NCBI GenBank assembly: GCA_945859975.1
Contig: CAMAPH010000010.1
Coordinates: forward strand, 1-64,000
DNA from: Chthonomonas calidirosea
Lineage (GTDB): Bacteria > Armatimonadota > Fimbriimonadia > Fimbriimonadales > Fimbriimonadaceae
Direction: 5' to 3'
Length of the DNA: 64,000 bases
The translations under genes were made by a program, and so were the position numbers. Positions 21,132 through 30,000 of the stretch are shown one piece after another. Each line of letters starts with the position of its first letter. The first letter of the stretch is position 1. Under the pieces are notes generated by a model. It had not been told where the DNA came from, ran no database searches, and worked only from the letters and a program-made list of their open reading frames with translations.

Positions 21132-21165
21132 GGCCCTGCCGAAGACAACGTGCTTCGGCAGGGCC
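21132..21165. terminator. 13-bp stem hairpin after the BNR hydrolase gene
   Basis: ggccctgccgaag / cttcggcagggcc perfect inverted repeat; no clear U-tract. Confidence 0.4.
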
Positions 21166-21223
21166 GTCATCATGTTAAACTACCAACCCGCGCACCGATC
21201 ACATCGGAGCGTTCGTCCTTCCT

Positions 21224-21769
21224 ATGCCGAATGACGCACCGCGAGAATCTCTGGCCGAAAAACGATTGCTTAAGGCTCTGTCCGAAGGCGATCCGAACGC
21301 GCTTGGCCAAATATATGAGATTTATGGTGAGCGAATTTTTCGCTTCACCTACCGCTTCCTGGGCAACCGAACCGACGCAGAAGATGCAACGGCGGAAACC
21401 TTCCTGCGAGTGTTACGACGTTCGGCAGAGCTTCGAGCTGATGGCGCGTTTAAAACGTGGCTTTTTCGAATCGCTCGAAACTTATGCATCGATAAGCTGC
21501 GGCAACACAAGCTCCTGGAGCTGCCGCCCGACACGCCACTTGAGGGATCAGAAGAGCGAACAACCTTACGGGTTACCGTTCACGCCGCCCTCAACCAACT
21601 CCCGCAGGAGTATCAAGACCCGCTGGTGCTGTGCGATCTCGAAGATCTTAGTGCGCAAGAAGCCGCAAACATCTTAGAGATTAGTGTTCCGGCGCTGAAA
21701 AGCCGACTATACAGAGGGAGAAAAGCCCTCCGAGATAAGTTGGGCAGCCTCATGGAAGGTACGTCATGA
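21224..21769 (+). CDS. ECF RNA polymerase sigma factor (sigma-70 family)
   Basis: DAEDATAETFLR, FKTWLFRIARNLCID, region 4 ALKSRLYRGRKALR. Confidence 0.92.
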   Translation: MPNDAPRESLAEKRLLKALSEGDPNALGQIYEIYGERIFRFTYRFLGNRTDAEDATAETFLRVLRRSAELRADGAFKTWLFRIARNLCIDKLRQHKLLELPPDTPLEGSEERTTLRVTVHAALNQLPQEYQDPLVLCDLEDLSAQEAANILEISVPALKSRLYRGRKALRDKLGSLMEGTS

Positions 21770-22053
21770 AATCTGATTTACATAAAAAACTCGTAGACCT
21801 GTACGCCGGGGGAGAACTCCCGAAAGAATTGAACGAAGAACTAGAAATGGTCGCGTTCAATGACGCGGAACTTTCACACGAAATGTCAACCCTTCGACAA
21901 ACCGTGGATCTCCTCAAAAACGATCCCGGTCCGGAGTTCACCGAAGAAAGCTACCAACGTGTGCTCATGAAGATTTACGCCCGAGGCGGAAATATCGAAC
22001 CACGTGCGGCCACCCCAATCCATATGCAGTACCAACTGCCAATGCAAGGCTAA
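21766..22053 (+). CDS. Putative small soluble anti-sigma factor
   Basis: ATGA-coupled to the sigma gene; LVDLYAGGEL anti-sigma-domain-like start; no TM helix and no HxxxCxxC. Confidence 0.65.
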   Translation: MKSDLHKKLVDLYAGGELPKELNEELEMVAFNDAELSHEMSTLRQTVDLLKNDPGPEFTEESYQRVLMKIYARGGNIEPRAATPIHMQYQLPMQG

Positions 22054-22099
22054 GCGATCTCATGCGAACCCGGCAACAAACCAAACAAACCCGACTTCT

Positions 22100-23203
22100 A
22101 TGAAGTTTCAATGCCCTCGAAAGGAATTCTTTGAAGCAGTTAGCGCAGCAAATGCTGCGTCGAGCTCTCGCACCCCCGTCTCCATCCTTCAGCACCTGAA
22201 GATCAAAGCCGGCCCAACCGGTATCACGATCACCGGCTGTGATGGCGAAATGTGGGTCGTACGAGACGTCGCTTGTTTGGTGGAGGATCCAGGCGAACTT
22301 TGCTTGCCGGCAAAAACCCTCACCCAAATCGTCAGCCAATTGCCAGATGGCGATCTTGAGCTGTTCACCCTCCCCGACCACGGCGCCATGCTTGTGCAGT
22401 CGAAGTCGGAATACCGACTCCCGACCCTGGAAGCGGAAGACTTCCCCGACGTCCCCGTCTTTATGGGTGAAGCCGAACTGAAGCTGCCCCTCGGCGAACT
22501 CCGACAAGCCGTCGACTCCGTCGCCTATGCGGTTTCCACGGATAACCACCGACAGGTCCTTACCGGTGTTCTGTTCTCCTACAACGGAGACATCCTGACC
22601 CTCGTCGCCACCGACACCCACCGCCTCGCCGTCCGACGGATTTCGAAGCCGGGAATCGGAAGCCAAGTCACGGCCATCGTTCCCGATAAAGCTCTCCGAG
22701 CCATTAAGAACTTGCCGCTGGCCGACGACATCGAGATCACCCTCAGCTTCGACTCCGCCCGCGTTGGCGTCGAATCGACCGGTGCCACCGTCGTTTCGCA
22801 GCTCCTTGCCGGAACCTATCCGAACTGGGAGCGAGTTGTCCCGAGCGAATTCACCCGAACCTGGAGTGTCGAAAGCGACCAGCTTTACGAAAAGGTTCGC
22901 CGCGCCATGATCCTTGCCCAAGACAACGCCAACCGCGTTCGATTCAAGGGTGATGGAGACCAGATCGTCATCGCCGCCCGCAGCGAAGAGAAGGGCGAAG
23001 CGAAGGAAGAAATCCCAATGATTCCTTCCAACGGCGACCTCGAAATCGCCTTCAATGGCAAATATGTCACCGACTTCCTTGGCGCCGTAGATGGCCCGGG
23101 AGTTCGGGTTGAAATGACCGAGAGTTCACGGCCCGCCGTCTTCCGACCGGCCGAAGATGACAGCGAATACTTCTGCGTCATCATGCCAATGGCATTGGCC
23201 TAA
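22100..23203 (+). CDS. dnaN: DNA polymerase III beta sliding clamp
   Basis: Start reassigned to MKFQC (ATG 22100); VLTGV, VATDTHRLA, GTYPNWERVVP, IAFNGKY, VIMPM. Confidence 0.96.
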   Translation: MKFQCPRKEFFEAVSAANAASSSRTPVSILQHLKIKAGPTGITITGCDGEMWVVRDVACLVEDPGELCLPAKTLTQIVSQLPDGDLELFTLPDHGAMLVQSKSEYRLPTLEAEDFPDVPVFMGEAELKLPLGELRQAVDSVAYAVSTDNHRQVLTGVLFSYNGDILTLVATDTHRLAVRRISKPGIGSQVTAIVPDKALRAIKNLPLADDIEITLSFDSARVGVESTGATVVSQLLAGTYPNWERVVPSEFTRTWSVESDQLYEKVRRAMILAQDNANRVRFKGDGDQIVIAARSEEKGEAKEEIPMIPSNGDLEIAFNGKYVTDFLGAVDGPGVRVEMTESSRPAVFRPAEDDSEYFCVIMPMALA

Positions 23204-23210
23204 AGATCAA

Positions 23211-23636
23211 TCAGTGTTGGTGGGAACAGTGCTTCCCACCGCACTGGTGTTGCATCCGCTGATTCACCAAGTGAAACGCCACTAGCGCCAGCCCCGCAGT
23301 TACGCTTACGACCGTTTTGGCGAGCTCTCCGCCGGAAGCGACTTCTGTGCCATCGTGCGAATGCGGAAACGCAAACTGCCGCACAATCAGCAAACCGATC
23401 CCCAGCACAAAAATCCATGCTGGAATCATGCTGTGATGCCGCCGGTGACCATGAATCAGGGCCGCTAGGCCAACCGTCACCGCCACCCCGAGAAAGACGT
23501 ACTCGGCCGGCTCTGAAGCGACAAACCCAAGCCCCGCGACGCTGAGCAAACCCAACGCCAAACCGGTGAGCAGGCAATGAACCGCGCAGACGGTACTCGC
23601 CACCGCCCCCAGTTGGTCTAAGTTCATTCGCTTCAT
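23211..23636 (-). CDS. MerC domain-containing membrane protein
   Basis: LDQLGAVASTVCAVHC, HGHRRH, His/Cys-rich tail. Confidence 0.85.
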   Translation of the reverse strand: MKRMNLDQLGAVASTVCAVHCLLTGLALGLLSVAGLGFVASEPAEYVFLGVAVTVGLAALIHGHRRHHSMIPAWIFVLGIGLLIVRQFAFPHSHDGTEVASGGELAKTVVSVTAGLALVAFHLVNQRMQHQCGGKHCSHQH

Positions 23637-23704
23637 AGTCAGAATATACCCTAGCAGGGTATCAGCCTCCGTGCATTTCGGCCCAATCCGTTATAGTGAA
23701 CACG

Positions 23705-25141
23705 ATGAAGAAATGGCTCGTGCCCATCCTCATGGCCGGAGCGGCATATTGGGCACTCGCCGGGTTTGGCAGCGAAAAGGCGTCCATCGGCGCCCTCTTC
23801 GCGCTGACCGTTTCCCTTTGGATCACCGCGCCGATTCCCATCGCCGCGACCGCACTACTGAGCACATCCCTCCTCGTCCTCACGGGGCGAGCGGGCGAAA
23901 AGATCGCCTTCGCCGCCTACGGCGATCCGATCGTTCCACTTTTCATCGGCAGCTTCATCTTGGCGAAAGCCATGGAACTCACCGGCCTCAGTGACCGGTT
24001 TGCCTATTTCATCCTCGTCCAAAAGTGGGCTAACCGGTCTCCGAAGGCCCTGCTCTGGGCGCTTGCGCTGATCCCCTGTGTGCTCTCGCTGATGGTCAGC
24101 AACACCGCGACCACCGCGATGATGCTGCCGATCGGCCTCTCGTTACTTTCCGCCATCCAAGCCCGCGGGCTCGATAAGCCCTACGCCATCGCCGTCATGC
24201 TGATGCTCACCTGGGCCTCCAGCGTCGCTGTCGGCCTCCCCGTCGGAACCCCGCCCAACCTGATCGGCATCGGCCTCATCGAAAAAGCCACCGGAACCCG
24301 CATCGGCTTCATCCAGTGGATGGCCTTCGGCATGCCCATCACCATTGTCACCCTGGCCGCATGCTGGGGCATTCTTTGGGTGCTCTACGGCAAAAACGCG
24401 CCAAATACTTCCGGCGCGGCCAAGGTCGCCGAAGAAGGCCAGGAATCCATGGGCAAGTTGCAGCCGAGCGAAAAAGCCGTCCTCGCCGCGTTCTCGGTTG
24501 CGCTTTTGGGCTGGATGCTCCCCGACCTTTTCGAACTCGCCCTCGGCAAAAAGCATGAGCTCACTTCCCTGCTCCAAACCCGCGTCCCGCCGTCCGTGCC
24601 CGCTCTCCTAGCCGTCGCGCTCCTCTTCGCAATTCCGTGTAAAGACCGCGATTTCGGCCGCGCCATCACCTGGAAGGAAGCCGCCACCATCGACTGGGGC
24701 ACCATTTTGCTCTTCGCCGCCGGAATCGCGATGGGTCAATCCCTCTTCGAAACCGGCCTCGCCAAAGATCTCGGCCAGCTTGCCGCCACCGCTGCCGGCG
24801 CCAAATCCGTCTGGGCCATCACGGCGCTTTGCACCGCTGCCGCTATCGTCTTGAGCGAGCTCGCCTCGAACACCGCCGCTGCTACGACCCTGGTTCCGGT
24901 CGCTATCGGTCTTGCGGAAAGTGCCGGCGTGAGCGTCATTCCCCCTGCCCTCGGCGTCGCCATCGGCGCGTCCTTCGGCTTCATGCTGCCAGTGAGCACC
25001 GCGCCGAACGCGATTGTTTACAGCTCTGGCCTCGTGCCCTCGAAGGAAATGGTGAAGGCAGGCCTGATTCTCGACGTCGTTGCCTTCGTCGTCATCGTGG
25101 CCTGCCTCTATCTCATCCTGCCGTCGCTCGGACTGGCCTAA
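23705..25141 (+). CDS. SLC13/DASS family sodium:anion symporter
   Basis: SNTATTAMMLPI, GTPPN, IDWGTILLF, ASNTA, FMLPVSTAPNAIVY; start taken at ATG 23705. Confidence 0.9.
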   Translation: MKKWLVPILMAGAAYWALAGFGSEKASIGALFALTVSLWITAPIPIAATALLSTSLLVLTGRAGEKIAFAAYGDPIVPLFIGSFILAKAMELTGLSDRFAYFILVQKWANRSPKALLWALALIPCVLSLMVSNTATTAMMLPIGLSLLSAIQARGLDKPYAIAVMLMLTWASSVAVGLPVGTPPNLIGIGLIEKATGTRIGFIQWMAFGMPITIVTLAACWGILWVLYGKNAPNTSGAAKVAEEGQESMGKLQPSEKAVLAAFSVALLGWMLPDLFELALGKKHELTSLLQTRVPPSVPALLAVALLFAIPCKDRDFGRAITWKEAATIDWGTILLFAAGIAMGQSLFETGLAKDLGQLAATAAGAKSVWAITALCTAAAIVLSELASNTAAATTLVPVAIGLAESAGVSVIPPALGVAIGASFGFMLPVSTAPNAIVYSSGLVPSKEMVKAGLILDVVAFVVIVACLYLILPSLGLA

Positions 25142-25142
25142 T

Positions 25143-26078
25143 TTACGACTTCTTCCAGCCCCATTCGATGTACTGGGTCTCGAAGGAGCCGTCGTCGAAC
25201 AGGTCGAGCACGCGGTAGCCGGGGTTGAATCCGCCGTTGGCGCCGTTCCACCATGCGCCGCAAACCGCGCCGCCGCACATGTAGCTCACGCCGCTGAAGT
25301 CGACTCGGTCGACCATGTGGATGTGGCCGCTGAGGGCGATCTTGACGTGCTTGTGCTGGCCGAACAGGGTTCGCAGGTCGTCGCTGTTCTTGGTCATCAG
25401 GTTTCCGCCGACTGTCCAATCGCCCTTCGTCTTATCGTAGGCCCCGGCGACTGGCGTGATGCTCAGAATTGGAATGTGGCTAGTGATGACCGTCGGCTTG
25501 TTGGTGCTTTGCAGGTCTTGCTTCAGCCATTCCATCTGCTCCGGTTCGACCAGTCCGTTGTAGCCGTCCGGCGTCAACAGAATGTTGTCGAGCACCACAA
25601 AGTGCCAGCCCGCTTGGTCGAACGAATAGTAAGGCTTCGGAAGCTCGAAGAGGTCCGTGAACCAGCGCTTGCCCCACTGCCGCTCCGACCCGGTGGTGTT
25701 GCTGTCCTTCTTGTTCCAACCCCAAACGTCGTGGTTACCCAGGCAGGGCTTGATCGGCACGTTCGTTTCCGCCTTCGTGACCTTCGTGAACAGGTCCCAC
25801 TGCGTCTTCGTCCGCGCTTCGGTCTGCGCATAGGCGTCCATGATGAGGTCGCCGCCCGCAAGGATCAGGTCGACCTTCGGCTTCTGCCCCATCGCGTGCT
25901 TCAGAGCCTTGGCGGACCCTTCAGTTGCCGAGAGTTCCGGCTGAATGTGGAAGTCCGTCATGTGCGCCACGCGGAGAGCCCGCCGCTTCGGAGCCAGCGC
26001 CATCGCCGGCTGCACGAGCAGTCCAGTCGCCGCGGCCCCGGCGGCGAGGAGAAGCTGTCTTCGAGAAGTGTCTGCCAT
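25143..26078 (-). CDS. Tat-exported metallophosphoesterase
   Basis: SRRQLL Tat motif; DFH, GGD, GNHD, SHIP, SGHIH. Confidence 0.9.
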   Translation of the reverse strand: MADTSRRQLLLAAGAAATGLLVQPAMALAPKRRALRVAHMTDFHIQPELSATEGSAKALKHAMGQKPKVDLILAGGDLIMDAYAQTEARTKTQWDLFTKVTKAETNVPIKPCLGNHDVWGWNKKDSNTTGSERQWGKRWFTDLFELPKPYYSFDQAGWHFVVLDNILLTPDGYNGLVEPEQMEWLKQDLQSTNKPTVITSHIPILSITPVAGAYDKTKGDWTVGGNLMTKNSDDLRTLFGQHKHVKIALSGHIHMVDRVDFSGVSYMCGGAVCGAWWNGANGGFNPGYRVLDLFDDGSFETQYIEWGWKKS

Positions 26079-26289
26079 GAGCGCAGTTTAGTTCAGGCGG
26101 TGGTGCCCTAACGTTCTCTTAATCTTCGCGGGGACTATCGATGGAATGGGGCGAAATTTCATCGATTGAACCAGTTCCATTCTACTGAAGCAGATATCAT
26201 AACGCTGACCAGTTAGGACAGGCTGACGATTTCGGGCGAAAAATCCCTAGGTCCAACTCAACCGATACTGTCAACCAACCCGAAACGAA

Positions 26290-27171
26290 ATGAGAAGAGA
26301 ACGAAGAGGCGTCGCATTCGCAACCTACATGGGGCCGCTCCTAGATGCACTACGTCTGCTTGGTGATTCAGCTCATCGCTCGGAGGCCAAGGAAAAAACG
26401 GCAGAACTCATGGGAATCCCAGCCGAGAAGTTGGCTGAGCGCTACGAAAAGACTGGCGTCCTTGTTGTGCATAACCACATGGAATGGGCAGCAAGCGGAT
26501 TGCGCGCGTTCGGTTTCATCGGTGGAGCGGCTAAGGGAGTCTGGACGCTGACCGAAGCCGGACGGAACAAGCATTTGACGCTAGAGCAAGCGAACGAGCT
26601 GGCTCGAGAATGGAATGCGAAGAGACGTCAAGAAAGCAACGCTGGGCGGGCGGCACAACCAGAAGAATCGGAAGAACAGGACGCCGATTCGGGACCGGAA
26701 GAGGAGGTACAGGCTGACACGAGTCAGACGCTTATCCAGGTTTTGCAGAGCCTTAGTCCTGGTGGGTTTGAGCGACTTTCACAACTTCTACTGCGAAAGG
26801 CAGGCTTCACAAAAGTGGTGGTAACGGGAAGATCTGGTGACGGCGGCATCGACGGCCACGGCATATTGGAATTAAATGAGCTGCTCTCGTTCAGAGTCTT
26901 GTTCCAGTGCAAAAAGTACGCCGGAACGGTAGGTTCCGGAGCGGTGCGGGATTTTCGAGGGGCAATGACCGGAAGATCAGATAAGGGCATTATCATCACG
27001 ACCGGCACCTTTAGCACAGAGGCGGAGCGCGAGGCAATTCGTGACGGTGCGCCTCCCGTTGAACTTGTTGACGGAGAACGCCTGTTCGAGATGATGCAGC
27101 GATTGGAACTTGGGGTTGAGCCCAAAACCGTCTACGTGGTCAACCAAGCCTTCTTCGAGCAGTACAAGTAG
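26290..27171 (+). CDS. mrr: Mrr-family type IV restriction endonuclease
   Basis: Mrr_N (GVWTLTEAG) plus catalytic FERL, SGDGGIDG, QCKKY, VRDFRGA, LVDGERL. Confidence 0.9.
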   Translation: MRRERRGVAFATYMGPLLDALRLLGDSAHRSEAKEKTAELMGIPAEKLAERYEKTGVLVVHNHMEWAASGLRAFGFIGGAAKGVWTLTEAGRNKHLTLEQANELAREWNAKRRQESNAGRAAQPEESEEQDADSGPEEEVQADTSQTLIQVLQSLSPGGFERLSQLLLRKAGFTKVVVTGRSGDGGIDGHGILELNELLSFRVLFQCKKYAGTVGSGAVRDFRGAMTGRSDKGIIITTGTFSTEAEREAIRDGAPPVELVDGERLFEMMQRLELGVEPKTVYVVNQAFFEQYK

Positions 27172-27332
27172 TTTTATGCAGCGCTAGTTAGGTCAACAGT
27201 TCGGACTCGCCCTGCAATCGTCCGATGATGTTTTGACGATTCGGTTTGACTTTAGCGTAGGGATCGTCAACCAAGTCGTAGTTTTCTCGGACCGGCAGAA
27301 CCCCCAACAAAGGCAAACTGTCCGAGAGACCA

Positions 27333-27599
27333 ATGAAGGCGAATTTTGTTGTGAAAACGGTCCTTTGGGTGATCGCCGTTGGGCTCTGGCTCGTCACCGG
27401 CATCGCAGGGTTGGTGTTCTTCATCCGACTCACGCTCGCAATTCCAACCGCGTTCAGCGCCGACACCTCCAGACCGACCGATACCGTGATGGAAAATGCC
27501 TTCAATGTCGGTAGCACGGCGTCCCCGTACGCCATCATGGCCACCATCTGCGCCGTCGCCTGGACTGTGTTCTGCAAATCTCAAGCAACCAAGAGCTAG
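27333..27599 (+). CDS. Small two-TM hypothetical protein
   Basis: 88 aa with two hydrophobic segments; fills the gap between mrr and the PIN gene. Confidence 0.5.
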   Translation: MKANFVVKTVLWVIAVGLWLVTGIAGLVFFIRLTLAIPTAFSADTSRPTDTVMENAFNVGSTASPYAIMATICAVAWTVFCKSQATKS

Positions 27600-27610
27600 C
27601 GTTAGCGCAC

Positions 27611-28219
27611 CTACGTCTCGGAAGGACCAACCACCGGGTAGCTCACCTTTCCATCCGTGATCTGCAAGACCTTCTTCGCCACTAGCGCCGCCCGAACCGC
27701 CGCGACCTCTTCGTCCGTGATCAACGGCTGAAACAGTGCCCGAATCGCATTCGATAGCGTCTTCTCCGTCCGAGGTTTGGTCCCGTTTGGACTGTTCACC
27801 TTCGCGGCAAACGCCTCCACTCTTTCCTTTGTCGTCTTCGGCGCACCAGGCTTTAACCAAGGCAAGTCCGAGACTGAGCAGTACCGCGCGGCCAGAATCT
27901 TCTTGCCTTTCATGTATGTGAGCAAAGGGTCGAACCCGGCGTCCTTCGAAATAATGTGAAAGAACACCGGATGCTCCCGGCCACTCCTCTCGCCCATCGT
28001 GAACGCGATATGGAAATCCAACGCGTTAGGCCCAGCGGCGCTCACCGGAACGTACTCTCCTCGACTCCCAAGCGCTTGCATCTGCAGAACCAGCGCTGCG
28101 GGCAGCTTAACCTGGTTCGGCCCCAAAAATACGATCACTCGTACGTCCTCCCGATCAAGGTTGCTAAGGTCGAGAGAACTCACGTTCTCATAGTCAACTA
28201 ACACAAAGTTGATGCGCAT
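27611..28219 (-). CDS. PIN (NYN/LabA-like, PIN7-type) domain protein with C-terminal winged helix
   Basis: VLVDYENV, GPNALDFHIAF, IISKDAGFDPL, KPRTEKTL.N.I. Confidence 0.85.
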   Translation of the reverse strand: MRINFVLVDYENVSSLDLSNLDREDVRVIVFLGPNQVKLPAALVLQMQALGSRGEYVPVSAAGPNALDFHIAFTMGERSGREHPVFFHIISKDAGFDPLLTYMKGKKILAARYCSVSDLPWLKPGAPKTTKERVEAFAAKVNSPNGTKPRTEKTLSNAIRALFQPLITDEEVAAVRAALVAKKVLQITDGKVSYPVVGPSET

Positions 28220-28347
28220 TTTGCTGACCCCATTCTAGCGATTCAGGCGCGCAACCGGAAGAAGCCCGCAGCTGCCGGTCCTCCCGCCCCGGGGAGCTTC
28301 TGGCCGGAATCTCGTAGACTTCAAGGAAGTAGCAAAGAGCACCGATC

Positions 28348-28773
28348 ATGGAAAAACTGAAGCGATACTCGGCCTGGTTCTATGCGGCGGCGATTTATAA
28401 CGCGGTCTGGGGCGCGTTTGTCGTCCTCTGGCCCGAAGGCTATTTCAAGATTCTGAACCTGCCGACGCCCAACTACCTGCCGATTTGGCAAGGCATGGGA
28501 ATGGTGGTCGGAGTGTATGCGCTCGGCTACTGGCTCATCGCCCGCGACCCCGTCCGCTACGGCCCATTCGTCTGGGTCGGCCTCGCCGGAAAACTCTTCG
28601 GCCCCATCGGCCTCGTCTTCGCCGCCCTCAAAGGCGACCTCCCCTGGTCCTTCGGCTGGATCAACCTCACCAACGACATCATCTGGCTCCCCGCATTCAT
28701 CGCGTTCAGCTTGGACCTGGTGCGGTTCGAGCGGGAAAGAGTCGTTTTGCCTCAGCAGTCCTCGATCAGCTGA
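28348..28773 (+). CDS. Conserved four-TM membrane protein
   Basis: YNAVWG, WQGMGMVVG, VGLAGKLFGP, NDIIW; codon style like the core genes. Confidence 0.7.
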   Translation: MEKLKRYSAWFYAAAIYNAVWGAFVVLWPEGYFKILNLPTPNYLPIWQGMGMVVGVYALGYWLIARDPVRYGPFVWVGLAGKLFGPIGLVFAALKGDLPWSFGWINLTNDIIWLPAFIAFSLDLVRFERERVVLPQQSSIS

Positions 28774-28820
28774 AGGGTCACCTCGCCGCTCCGCTCAAAA
28801 AACCCCGGAACCATCGTGCG

Positions 28821-29279
28821 TCAGAGCCCTCTGACTTCAATACGCGCATTCTTCCAGCCTCTAAACTCTAGTCCGTCCCGATTCAACTTGGGCATAGGTT
28901 TCCAATCCGGTATCGGTTCAAAACCTGGCGCCGCTACCTGTAGTTCTTCATCGAACAAGGGCCGGATCAAATTTGGACCTAGTTCCTTGTACTGATGACT
29001 CAAATGAAAAAACTCAAATCTGTTCGGATGCAACTATAAGAGGTAGAAAAAGTGTGCGCTAACTATTAAGTCGCCAAAAGTCGATCTGACAACCTTCCCG
29101 TCCGCTCTAATGCTGCCATTCACCAGAATCCCTGTTTTGGGCTCAAGCACCGCTACCTCTGCGGTACCTAGATGGAAGATTACCGCATCGAAAATCAGCA
29201 TCCCGAGACCAATCAAAGCTAACTTGATCAAATTCATCCTAGAAAGAGCCTGGTTCCCACGTTTTGTATCAAGAGTCAT
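28821..29279 (-). pseudogene. Hypothetical N-terminal-TM gene interrupted by a single in-frame TAG
   Basis: ORFs 29034..29279 and 28821..29033 share a frame and abut, separated only by TAG at 29034-29036. Confidence 0.5.
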
Positions 29280-29524
29280 GAGTTATGGTCGCCTAGGAAT
29301 TCTTCCAAACCAACCCTTTCTGGCTCTCCAGTATCCTCAAATCGCCTTTCCTTGCAACAACACTTGCAGCCACTACACCATAAGTGACACTTGAATCTGT
29401 CGTTTGACTATTCAATCTAGTTCGCTCTGACTCTAATGAATACCTACTGCATAATCACATGCATTGCCTACAGCAAATCTTAAAATAGATGCTGATTCAA
29501 TGCTCGTTATCGGGAACGATTCAT

Positions 29525-29947
29525 TCAAACTACCTCTATCTCTTCCTGCCAATAGAGTTCAGCCCAGCGGCTAAGGCTTGTCATCTTAATTCCATGAATT
29601 CGGAACTCCCGCCCGTTCCAGTAGACATCTTGCTTTGGCTCAAAAGCGCATGACAATCCGTCGTATTCATAAGTAAATACGGGAAAGATCTCCAGCAGGT
29701 TATTTTCGCAGTAAATTGCAATGCCATAGTCAATATACTTTTCTTCCGCCGGATGAGAATGGTACACATCTCGGGCACAGCGCATCGCTTCCTTTATCCA
29801 TGAGGCGAGTGAAGCATATACATACTCTTGGCGGCCCCGTTGACTGAATTTTTCGAAACCATCGTATTGCGTGGGATGATTAGTTAAATCAGTCAATATC
29901 TGATTCAGCAATAAGAGGCGCTCCTCTGACAGGTTCGGCTCGTCCAT
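29525..29947 (-). CDS. Putative Rhs immunity protein
   Basis: AT-rich, acidic/aromatic ~140-aa ORF just downstream of the Rhs toxin; start MDEPNL at 29947 (ORF can extend to 30004). Confidence 0.65.
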   Translation of the reverse strand: MDEPNLSEERLLLLNQILTDLTNHPTQYDGFEKFSQRGRQEYVYASLASWIKEAMRCARDVYHSHPAEEKYIDYGIAIYCENNLLEIFPVFTYEYDGLSCAFEPKQDVYWNGREFRIHGIKMTSLSRWAELYWQEEIEVV

Positions 29948-30000
29948 ATACCAAAGATACTGCCACGGGAACCCCGAAGAGCGCAGAGGCAATCTCGTCA

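Noticed and set aside
26101..26110. tggtgccc as a duplicated tRNA 3' end (att site)
   Set aside because: Matches the tRNA-Arg end tggcgcgctcgag over only a few bases
26105..26219. Integron attC-like site (GCCCTAAC...GTTAGGAC) and other GTTAG cores at about 27187 and 27601
   Set aside because: No matching L boxes, the arms do not pair along their length, and no integron integrase is in the window
27308..27345. c-di-GMP-I riboswitch-like GGCAAAC
   Set aside because: The GNRA-capped P2 and downstream GCAAA/P3 elements are absent
29034..29036. Pyrrolysine or programmed amber readthrough
   Set aside because: No pyl genes in view and TAG is an ordinary stop for many genes here; a nonsense mutation is simpler
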